Source: Amoebophrya sp. A120 (lineage: Eukaryota; Protista; Dinoflagellata). From it: a stretch of DNA of 64,000 nt. The notes beneath the pieces are model-generated. The model was given only the letters and a program-made list of their open reading frames with translations. It was not told the DNA's origin and ran no database searches. The DNA lies in NCBI GenBank assembly GCA_905178155.1, contig CAJINV010000002.1:2881074-2945073 (forward strand). The letters run 5' to 3'. Position numbers and translations under genes: made by a program. The stretch's first letter is position 1, and each line of letters begins with the position of its first letter. Of this stretch, positions 12,275-22,600 are shown piece after piece.

Positions 12275-13851
12275 ATGGCGATCGTCCCGGTGCCGAAAAG
12301 GGTGAAGGTCAAAAAAAATTGCACCAAGAATCCGTTTGCACTGCTGCTACTGCAACTGCTGCTGCCAACGCTGACCCTTAACTTGCTCCGCGACTGGATA
12401 TCTTGTCCGATCATACCGACTTTCGTGGAAGCGGTCAAGGTTTTTTCCAGAGGAACGTCGAGTACAACAACAGCTTCAACAGCGCCCGCAGTCGAAGAAG
12501 AGGATGGTCGTGAACACCAGCACCATGATGGTAACCTGTGTAAAAACGTCCCCACCTCCCCAAAGTCAAGATGATGGGGTCGTTGCTACGCAAAGCATAA
12601 GCAACAAGCTGTGGCTGTTGCGCATGACAAACTTGGATTTTCAGCAGCGTAAATGCGGTTAGTTAGCGCTACTAGTGTAGTAGAAGCATGACACATCAAT
12701 TTTTAACTCATCCTGGTGGATTTATAGGATCAGAAGAAAAGAAAACAAGTGCAAAAACGAAGATGCTTCTAAAAATGGGGCTGCGCATATAATTGAAGAA
12801 ACGTCCTGGGCGTGCCAATACGCGTGACAAATCTGCTGGGGTGTCGGGGACGCTTTTACACAGGATACGAGGAAACTTCCAGGAGCACGAGGACAGTCCC
12901 CCTTCCGTCAGCAACAGTACTACCCCTTTTTTGATCTTCTGGCCCAAGCGATTCTTGGGCAGCACCAGTTGGTGGCGTTTTGGCGGCGGTGAATACGAAA
13001 CGAAACGAAATTTTTACAACAAACGCCAATCGAGCGGCACGAGTAGTCGTGCGAGCACTCTTCAGCTGGTGGAGACTAAACAAAATCAGAAGAAAATCAA
13101 GTATGGGAATCTCCGCGGCTCGAGGCCGAGGAACCACGGGACACCAGATGAACCGACGGGGGGTGCAGCAGGGGCTGGCAGGTTGACGACCCCTGAAGAA
13201 GTTCAAGAACATCTGGTTGGTCTTAGTAGTCCTGCGGCTGTTGATGTGGCGAGGAAGTCTTCGGGTAGTCCTAGTCCTGGTCTCGGCGCGAAAGATGAGG
13301 ACGAAGTTGTCACAAGAACCCACCAGCACGGCTGTTTGGCTGGCGAAGATGAAAACTGTCCTCGAAACTACGGGGGAGAACTGGTTCGCGATGGAGCAGA
13401 AGAAGAACAGGTTGGCCGGAATGTCGTTGCGCAGGATGTTCCTGGTGGTGCCGTGATGTCCACCGCAGAGATGGTGGAGACAACTTTCACGGAGCGGAGA
13501 GTCGTGCGGAGAGTAGCGATGAAGGACGGGGGGCAACTACAACAAAGTGGCACGACAAATGATCAAATGGAGCTAACTGAGCGTGATATTCTGCCGTACC
13601 TGTGCCCATCCTCCATGTATACTGACGAGGAAGATCATGGTCACACTTTGCGGCTTCAGGATCATGCGAGTCTCATTGGCGTGTATCCGCTCCGTGACAA
13701 CAATGCGATGATAAGGCAAGTTGTGGGAAGCCGTTTATTTCCCGTGAATTTCTGCGTCAAATGTATGCAAAGAAATACAAATGCTGCGCGTGAAGAGCAA
13801 CGTCGAGTCTTCTACCTAACAAAAAGGGACATGGAGAACAGAGCGCTGTAG
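12275..13851 (+). CDS. LETKQ-KYGNLRG family copy 3; join(12275..12531,12873..13851), ~411 aa, one introner intron
   Basis: Removing 12532-12867 plus 5 bp fuses ORF 12275 to ORF 12793 in frame (HHDG/NFQEHE). The fused product is colinear with the intronless copies at 4168 and 8282. Confidence 0.65.
12532..12867. mobile_element. Degenerate introner, family C
   Basis: Ends taacctgtgtaaaaacgtcccca ... ggggacgcttttacacaggata; TSD decayed (gatgg/cgagg); removal restores frame. Confidence 0.75.
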
Positions 13852-14124
13852 ATTGATCATGCACCGCCTTGTCTTTATTTGATGAGTTGTGAACAAAAGT
13901 ACAGCTACGGATGATGTCAGGTCGTACTATGTCGAAGAGATTACCAGCTGGACTTTTTTTGGAAGATTGAAAGGACGCTTTGATCTAGAAGCATTTGTAT
14001 CTCGTGCGCATAAGCATGACGAAAAAAGCCGATGAATCTTTTGCCGATTCCGTTTGGCTAGATGCGATCAAGGAGGTCCGCAAAAAGACTACGAAAGCAG
14101 GATTGAACAACCACGTAGAGGAGC

Positions 14125-15591
14125 ATGAAGAAGAGCCCAGCCGCTGCGATGTTTGACGAAGCAGAGCAAAAACATTCAAACGGGGACACCGCAAGAAGTG
14201 AAGATACGCAAAATGATGAGACTCAAAAAGAAACAAAGGCTGACCAGAAACTACAAATGGACCAAGATGACACGGGGGCAAAGGGTATGGACGTTGCAAG
14301 TGGGACGGACACCGAAGACGGCGACCAGGTCGAAAGAACACTCAAGGTCAAGATTGGTCTTGTTCCGAGCGGAATAAATGCAAATGTTGAACCCCCGCTG
14401 ACTGGTACAACTGGGCAGAATGCGAAAGCACAACAAGGCGGAGAGCAGCTGCGCTTTGCTTCCTTGGAAACACGTCAGAGAGCTCATTTCTTGGCAACAT
14501 CGGGGGCGGGTCCACGACTGTTTCTTCCGAGCGTGCATGTATCTGTGCAAAAGCAAGAGACTCTTGAAATAAAGAGCCGCGTTCTTGGTCGTCATCATCA
14601 ATACATCAGATTTATTTTTTTACAACAAGTTGTAGATCAACAGGAAGATGAGCATCAACATCAAGCACAAGCAGAGGAAACCGAAGAAAAAAATCCGGGC
14701 GAAAGTGAAGTCGGACCGCCGTCCTCGACCAATGAAGGAACTTCCACTGGGCACGATGAAGGGGTAGATGCCAAAAAGAAAAAACAACTTGCGTCGGTTG
14801 CGATTGCCCTGTACGTGACTTTTGGAGAAAACCAAAACGGGCTCCAGTGCGACTTGGCCACCCTTGTTGACGAAGGAAGCGAGAGCTCTTCTTCGAATTC
14901 TGTGTCGTACTCGTTAAAGCGCCCTGGTGAGTTGTACAAAAATTTGATTCCTCATTTCTGTGGCAAAGATGAAGAAGACACCAAGGCGGGCAGCGACGAA
15001 GACTTGCGCGGCAACGACGTGAAAGCAGAAGATCAAGATGAACAATCGACGGTCAACGACAGCGAAAAGCCGAACGGCAAACGACCCGAGCGTCAGAACT
15101 CTAATTTTGACCCGCATGGCCGGATTGTGTTGCGCGGTGGCCAGAATCCTGTTGAATTGAGTACAATCGTCGAGGCACCGTTTGTGCAGGGAATCGAGTT
15201 CGACGATGTTATGACGGTACTGGTTGCAGCACGCTACTTCGTGTTCAAAGACAAAGCTGAGTATACTCGATTTGGTACAGCCTTGTTGAGAAAGGTGCTC
15301 AAGTCGCAAAGCCTGGCCCTGTTCATGTTCAACATGTTTTCTGATGGTGACTGTAGTGCACGCGGCCCGTCTACTAGCTCGCTCACACCGCGGGCGCCCG
15401 CAAGCGGGGGCTCAGAATCGTCAGTGTACGTCTTTGACAGTCGAGCACTTCCAGTGCAAGGATTTCCAGAGCGCTTCTGGTGGTCCTGGTCCTATTCCGT
15501 TCTTGCAATTCGGCCTTTTTACAATGTCGGACGATGCAGGTGGGTAGAGGGCCTTGACTATATCAAAGTGAAATACAACTACATGAGATGA
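14125..15591 (+). CDS. Hypothetical protein
   Basis: 488-aa intronless ORF with mixed acidic linker and globular-looking segments; no recognisable domain. Confidence 0.6.
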   Translation: MKKSPAAAMFDEAEQKHSNGDTARSEDTQNDETQKETKADQKLQMDQDDTGAKGMDVASGTDTEDGDQVERTLKVKIGLVPSGINANVEPPLTGTTGQNAKAQQGGEQLRFASLETRQRAHFLATSGAGPRLFLPSVHVSVQKQETLEIKSRVLGRHHQYIRFIFLQQVVDQQEDEHQHQAQAEETEEKNPGESEVGPPSSTNEGTSTGHDEGVDAKKKKQLASVAIALYVTFGENQNGLQCDLATLVDEGSESSSSNSVSYSLKRPGELYKNLIPHFCGKDEEDTKAGSDEDLRGNDVKAEDQDEQSTVNDSEKPNGKRPERQNSNFDPHGRIVLRGGQNPVELSTIVEAPFVQGIEFDDVMTVLVAARYFVFKDKAEYTRFGTALLRKVLKSQSLALFMFNMFSDGDCSARGPSTSSLTPRAPASGGSESSVYVFDSRALPVQGFPERFWWSWSYSVLAIRPFYNVGRCRWVEGLDYIKVKYNYMR

Positions 15592-15986
15592 GCTCGCGCA
15601 GCTCGTTTTTGTGCTTGATTTCTTGTCTGTTTTTGTTTAACGGGTCGCACGCGCGGTTCAAATGCTATACATTTGAAGAACCGCCGATGAAAACAAAGAG
15701 AGGAGGAGGAGTCAGATTGTGTTTGGTTTGAGGCATCATGCAATCAGTGCCCATGCGCATTCCAATTCCTGCGATAATTTTCGTAGCTGTAGGTAAATGA
15801 AAGAACAAATAATGCAAGATGTTGAAAACTACCTGTTGAGGCGACGGCCTTGGTTTTGTAGAAGCAGCAGCTACAAGATGTCAGCGTGTCCGATAAAAAG
15901 GCAGCGGCTTCTACTTCGCAGAGCGTTTCACTTTCATTTTCATAAGTTTTTCGAGCCTGTTTCGCCAAGAAGAAAATCCTTCTACA

Positions 15987-16985
15987 GTGGCTCTTCCTGC
16001 CGTCGAACTGCTGTCCTCGTCGTCCGGAATCGTGCCTTCAGATGCGACCAAGAACAACGATGAAGATTGGTTTCTAACGGAGCCGGGTTCTGGTGGAGGA
16101 GTGCCACCGACAGGGTTTCCAGCTCAAAATGAGAAGCGTCTCTGGGCACCTTTTTGCGTGGAGCAGGACGAAGCCCCCGTCGACGGTGTTGGGATTAGAA
16201 GTGAAGAGAAAAGACTCGTCACACTGTATTTTCTTGTCCGGATAGAGTCTGATGCAATTCCAGGCCTCGACGAGGAGGGGGATCATGGGGACACTTCTGC
16301 TTCACAACAAGAAGCATCCAAAACACCCAACCGGGACAGGAACGAGCAGACGGTCTCGATCAGCTGGAGGCGACCAAGATTTCGAACTCAGCTGGAGGCG
16401 ACCAAGGAGCAAAACCCAGATGAACCGTTCGAACTCAGCGAGTTCCTAATGTGCACCGAGCTGAATGAGGCGGAATTGGACCAGAGGCAGGTCGAACGTA
16501 GGCTGGTGTTGGAAGCCGAGGAAAAGCCAGACACAGTGGTTGGTGGGTGTAAACGTGGTGCACCCGCGCCTGAAGGACAAGGATTCCATTCTCTAGCTGC
16601 AAACCAAGTGGCGAACTGTAGCCCGCGCGTCAGATCGTCAGATACTAGCACGAGTAGCGGCTCCGAGTCGCATTCGCCTACCAGCTCCACTGCCAAGCCC
16701 GCGCGTGGCCTACAACTGCCGGACGAGGCGCTTGCCGGGCGGTATGAAGGAGTTGTGCGTCACGAGAACGGTGGGAACACTCCGGGCGCTAGCGGCACTC
16801 CGACAGCCATGCTTAATGGAGCGACAGGCGCACAGCGGGACGCGAAAGAAATCCAATTTCAAGAGCAGTACGGCCCCGAAGCTCTCGGCGGGCTTAGAAC
16901 GGTAAGACAACTGGAGACACCGTGGCAAGACCCCAGCCAGGTGAGTCGTCTGAAGGCGGGGAAAATAGATCCCGAAAGGGGCTAA
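15987..16985 (+). CDS. Hypothetical protein, paralog of 9702..10592
   Basis: 332-aa ORF with LWAPFCV..VTLYFLVRI..VSISWRR..GGC. Start uncertain. Confidence 0.55.
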   Translation: MALPAVELLSSSSGIVPSDATKNNDEDWFLTEPGSGGGVPPTGFPAQNEKRLWAPFCVEQDEAPVDGVGIRSEEKRLVTLYFLVRIESDAIPGLDEEGDHGDTSASQQEASKTPNRDRNEQTVSISWRRPRFRTQLEATKEQNPDEPFELSEFLMCTELNEAELDQRQVERRLVLEAEEKPDTVVGGCKRGAPAPEGQGFHSLAANQVANCSPRVRSSDTSTSSGSESHSPTSSTAKPARGLQLPDEALAGRYEGVVRHENGGNTPGASGTPTAMLNGATGAQRDAKEIQFQEQYGPEALGGLRTVRQLETPWQDPSQVSRLKAGKIDPERG

Positions 16986-19679
16986 TTGTGTGCAATACCA
17001 GCACGGCGATAACAATGTTGGAAATGACAGCCGGGATCGGGAAGAAACAGGAGGGGCGGACGCGACAGTGCCGTGGAGTTGTGGCACTAACTTGTTCATC
17101 AGCACCACTGCGGAGTTTTTGGCGCGGCCGTGCGGAGGTTCCGGCGAGGTGATTGCTCTAGCCGGAAGGAAAAGTATTTAGTTCAAACAATTTAGCTTAT
17201 GCGGTCAACAGGCTCGAAGATTCGTCTTCGGAAGTCAAATTCAGCACGCCTTCCATTAAGTCCGCTAGGGTCTGGTCTGCTAATCCAAGCGGTAGCATTC
17301 ATTCCGTGCTTGGCCCCTAAACGAGTTTTCTTGCATCCTGGCGGCTAGCCGTCTAATAGATAGCCCCGATTACTAGGTGGCGCCGCTTGTGGTTGTCACG
17401 AGGTGGCTCGCACCTCCCTTGAGTGAGAGAGGGCTCGTTACCGGGTTGCAGTGCCTTTCGTCTGGCCTGGGCTCCCGGTGTTGCATTCACCGTTGGAGCT
17501 ATAAGAATTAAGAGCATAAGCCTAGCTGCACTGGCAGCCGACCTTACGCGCACCATTAGAAGTGCGGCACCGGCCGGCCTTTGTGGTGTCCCACCATCAG
17601 AAGTGCGAACTACGAGGGCCGGGGCGTGCCACCTAAAGTTCTAAAAAGTCTCCTCGCCCAATGAGTGAGTGAGTCAATGGGTGAGAAAATGATATAAGAA
17701 AACTCGAAAAAAGGAAGACGAAGAGCGTTCAGATGGCCTTTCTGATCTGGGTGATGCTGTACCTCTTGAAGAAGCAAATGCAAAACATAAGAAGAAACAA
17801 AAAATATGAATAACGAAAAGCAGCCTCTACACTATTTAACTACCATTAGATTAAGTATTTTTTTTTTTTACAACCTGAACTTGAACGTCAACGTTTTGAA
17901 CAACATACGGAAAGAGAAATCAAATGAATTACAGGAAGTGTTTGGGTGATTCAGATTATGTCGTTGTAACGGTATCAATACAAAAATTAATAATTACAGG
18001 CAGATGAAGGTGACATAGGAATGACTGCAAGAAGATACTAGAGAAGAAGTGCAGACCTAAGGGAAAAGACCGTGATCAAGAAAGATATTGGCAGAAACCT
18101 ACGGCGCCACCATCTCCTTTAGAGAGGAAAGCGATCTCGTGCTGCTCTTTGAGTTCAATCTGACGTCAGCGATTCAGCTCGGTACCTTGCTCTCAGCTCT
18201 AGTGAAGGTCCAGGAGTTGTCTATTCTTATTCATTGCGCGACAGTCGTAAGCGTGAACCTGTCGCTGCCAGAATCTGATGTTGTCCGAGACCAGAATGAT
18301 TTCTATCTTCTTTCTCTTTGTCTTTTGCGGTTCCGTCCGCTTGTATTCGGTGGAGGTCTGATCTTCAAATAAATTGGCTGTGAATGAATTTTACAGCATG
18401 GATCATACTCGTCTCTGTTTCTTCCTCTTCGTCCACCAGGGCCGGTAGATGTTCCAACTCTGTCTTTTAGTTCTGAAGTTGTGTTAATTTGTTTCCCTTC
18501 GGGATTTTTCACAGCAATATACCGCTTCGCTGATGTTCGGTCGTACGTCTGTAAATAGATGAACTTTCTATCTTGTTCGAATACGAAATTGAAACATTTC
18601 AGATGTCAACGAACTACATAACCCTACGAACACCGAGCCACAACATCAAGCACACCCAGTGGAGGTTAGACTTCTTCCGTTTGGACAGAAGGAAGACGCT
18701 CCTACCACGTTTTCCACGAGTCTTTTTGTTGTTGCAAGATTTGAGTACGGTACGTAGTGTTTATACTGAGATCACTCGCATCCTCATCGAGAAGAGGGGA
18801 CGAGCTTGTTTTACATTGTTCGGCTTTAGTCTTTGAACACGAACGACGACGAGGTCTACCTCTTCCTCTTCCTCTCCTGCAATAACATTTACAAATACAG
18901 CCTGCTTCTAGCTTCTTATCTTCGCCACGTATTGAATAAAGTAGTTTTTTTCAAAAATTGAAATACAGATGACGGACACGGAGTGGGCCGAATGCACGCA
19001 CTAGCCGTGTCGTGGTCCTTGTCGTCGTTTCTTTGCTCGTCTGCAGCCGAGTTGTATTTCTGCCGTGCTGGCAGCTGCACAGCGTACCAGCAAGGATCGC
19101 ACAAGCGTTCATCCGGTGCGCAGAAGTAGAATCAGACCGCGCAATTACCTGCTTCGGGTCTTAATCGGGGGCGAAGGAGGTTATTCGAGATTGTTGCTTG
19201 CTTTTTGCACCACAGGCTGTCACGGTAGCGACCGTCCCAGTGGGAAGGACGAGAACGACGGGAACAGGTGGTTCAAGAGGCAGCTAATCAGGTGACGACA
19301 ATCTGATCGTCTACACAGGGAGGAGCGCGTACGGATGGTACTCTCCACCTACCCGGCGCTCGTCATCTCTGCTTCAACAAAGCGCGGCATGGGCAGTTCT
19401 GTTTCTACTCGACCGGAAAGTCGTGCAAGACCATGCGGGACGTCCTGGCGACTTTGCTAGAACGTCCTCGTCCACAGTAGCGTCCAGCACATGTGAAGGT
19501 CTCGTCTTCACCCGCAGCACATCACCGCCCTGTTGGTCATTGTAGGTCTCAACAAGCTCCTCAATCCATCGGGGTCTACGAGTCACATAGGCCGGCTTTC
19601 ATAAAAATCTGTGATCAACATGTGAGTACCAACTGGCTCCACTGGCAGTCCTCCTGCTCTCTCGCAGAATAAAGAAGAA

Positions 19680-22600
19680 ATGAAGGATAATTTTCCTGCT
19701 GCTGGTAGGGGTCCAGGGCCTCCGTCTTCAGCCTCTTCTTCTTCCAGCTCCTCGTCGAGTCGTGGGCGGACCGGGGGGGAAAGGGAAGGCGTAGATGAAG
19801 CTGAAGGTGGGCACCAGCGCCAACCGCGCGCGGCTGCAGGAGCTGCAGGGGCACAAGACGAGCATGTAATGGCGGAAGATGATCCGCAAGCGAAACAGGG
19901 TGTTGGTGGTAGCGCTGGTGCTATCGGTAGTTCTACCAAAAGTAAAGACAGAGCAGCGAATGAGCTCGGGGGGAACAAGATGAAGAAGGAAAAGAGCGAC
20001 AAGAAGACAAGAAGCCCACCAGCGCGACATCTCCCACCTGACCCTGGCGAAACTACGAAAACATTATCTACTTTAGGACGAACAGAAGTTGTACCACGAA
20101 CCACAAGACGAAGAGCATCCGAAGAACAAAAAGAAGATCAAGATCCTGCAAGAAAAACGAGAACGTCATCGTCCGCCAACGAGGAAGATGACGAACAGCA
20201 CCACGAAGATCCACCGCCGCGCCTCCGCTCCCTGCTGACCCAAGATAGTATGAAAAAGAAATCGCGGACTGGAGCAGGTCAACAGCAGAATATTACCGCC
20301 AATAAAACTACCACATCTAGTACTTCATCCAGTTCTTCTTCCAAACCGAAGAACGGAACTACCTCTAGCGGTCAACAAGCACCTCCTCGTCCACCGCTGA
20401 CAACTCCAGAAACCACTTCTGTGCAGCAGCAGGAGCTGCAATCAGACCGAAATTTCTACGAGAATGATAAAGCACCTCCACACGGTAGAAGTACAATCGG
20501 TAGTAGTACTAGCGGGACGAGTTCGAGCAGAGAAGTGTCAAGACCAAGAGCTACAGGTGGTAGAACATCTTCTACTTCGTCCGGACGTCGTAGTAGAGGT
20601 GGGACGACGAAGGGGCAAGCCGACAATTACCACGACGACGAAGACGACAGCCCTCCTACGGACGACGAAGAGCGAGAAGATCTTGATGATGTTCACGAAA
20701 GACGTACAAATCGAAAAAGAAAAAAAGACCCCTCCTCATCTCCATCGTGGTTACGCCCAAAGCCTAAGCAGTTTCTAAAACTCACGAACTGCAACCGTCT
20801 GACTTTTCTCATCGCGTTTGTCGCTGTCTGTTTCCTCGTTTTTTTCCTCCTGCTTCTTTTCCTCTATGTTTGGAACAGAACCTCCGGAGCAGGTGAAGAC
20901 GACGAGATGTTCTTGAGCCAGTTTTCGTCCTTGCTCTTCGGAGCAAGAGGAGCAGCTGGAGATACTCCTCGTGGGCGAGGGGACACAGTCGCGTATTTGG
21001 AAACTAAGGATAAAGAGGATGGTGTTCTTTTGGATGAAACTCCACTAGCCGGACGACCAGAGAACGACTACAAGGAGGAACAGACTTCGAGACCCCCAAG
21101 TACATCACAAGAAACAAGTACGTCTCAACATGTGCGGGAACATGATCTTCAAAGCGAAGTTGTGCTGGTGGATCAAGAAGATGTTGAACTACATAAAAGT
21201 AGTGGAGGTGGAGCAGCGACAGAAGTAGATAGTGTTCTTGAAAATAAGCTTAAGCCCGGGGCAGGAGCGGACTACACGGCGACGACGACGACGGCCCACA
21301 TGCAGCAAGACCGCCGGACGAAGATGTTGTCGGGGGTAGGGGTAGAAGATGATGATGTAGTATCCAAAAAAAAAAAGACTCGTAGGTGTAACCTTTTTGG
21401 AGGAACAGCATTACAAATCTGTGTGGCATGAGACCAAGACCTGTCATGCGCGGATGGTACTGGAAAAGAACGCAGCTGAATGGAGATGGACCCTACAACA
21501 TGGCATTCCCAGCATGACAGACGCAATCAGCTTGCACGTTTTAGCATCACAAACTTACACTAACAATGTTTTTTTTCTTGGATATGCAGTATCTTCCGCC
21601 GGGGCGACTCGAGTCAGTCCACCTGGTTCGATGTCGACGTCCGCTGCATCGAGTACAACTAGTGCAAATGATAGTAGTCAAAAGGGTGCTCTTGGTCTTG
21701 ACACCCGGATCGAAGAGAATGAGAAAGTAGAAAAAAGCGCAGCCAGAAGCAGCACTGCTGGTGCTAGTCCAAGAATAATCGTCCCTTCATCTTCATCCGG
21801 TGGTGCAGTACCAGCACCAGTCCCAGTGATGAAGACGGATGTTGAAATAAATAACGCATCAAAAGTAGTAGGAGCAAAGGATACACCTGGCGCAAGCATT
21901 CTCGTCGAAGAGGAAGAGGTGACCAGTACGCAAGATGAACAGGAGGACGCTGCTGGTGCAGCCCCCGGCACTAGTATGTTTTTAGAGAAGACAGAGAATA
22001 TTTTCCAGGACGGACTGTATCAGGTGCAACTATCAACTGTAAAAGTGTCTGGGTCTGGAAGAATCCAACTTGTCATGCTGATTTTGGATTCTAAAAAAAT
22101 CTGTATTGCATGAGCAGCAAAGAGAGTCCAAGTTTTGCTACACGGAAAGAGCATTTGTCATGCCGTATAGGCATCAGGAAGCCCTCGCAAAATCTGTGAT
22201 GCTAGGGCATGCATCACAGACATCAGGAGTCATGCAAAATGTGCATGACAAAACGAAAACTGGCAATCTTCCAGACGACCCAGACATTTTTACATTTGAT
22301 TGCAACAGGCTGCGGGCAACGTGGGGAACGCGGTCAAGGACAAAGCGGGGGAAGTCGTGGAGGGTGCAAAAGATCGCCTGCAGGAGGCGCCGGAAGGTTT
22401 GCAGGGGGTGGTTAACAGCGCCACCAAACAGGCAGCGCATCTGGGAGAGCAGGTAACAGATACAGTCGTCAAGCCCGTGCTCGAAAATGCGAACAACGTG
22501 TGGAAGGCGGTTCAAAGGCCGGCGGCGAAGATGATTGAGAAGTGGAAGCGGGACCTGTCCAAAAAGATGGAAGAGGGCCTGCATGTGCTGCGGAGAACCC

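Noticed and set aside
17180-17690. Compositionally distinct segment ending in gagtgagtgagt, possibly a mobile element or ncRNA
   Set aside because: No TIR, TSD, second copy or recognisable RNA family is visible in this window.
17900-19600. Possible minus-strand gene remnant
   Set aside because: Coding-looking fragments are broken by stops in each frame I read, with no introner or clear splice signals to join them.
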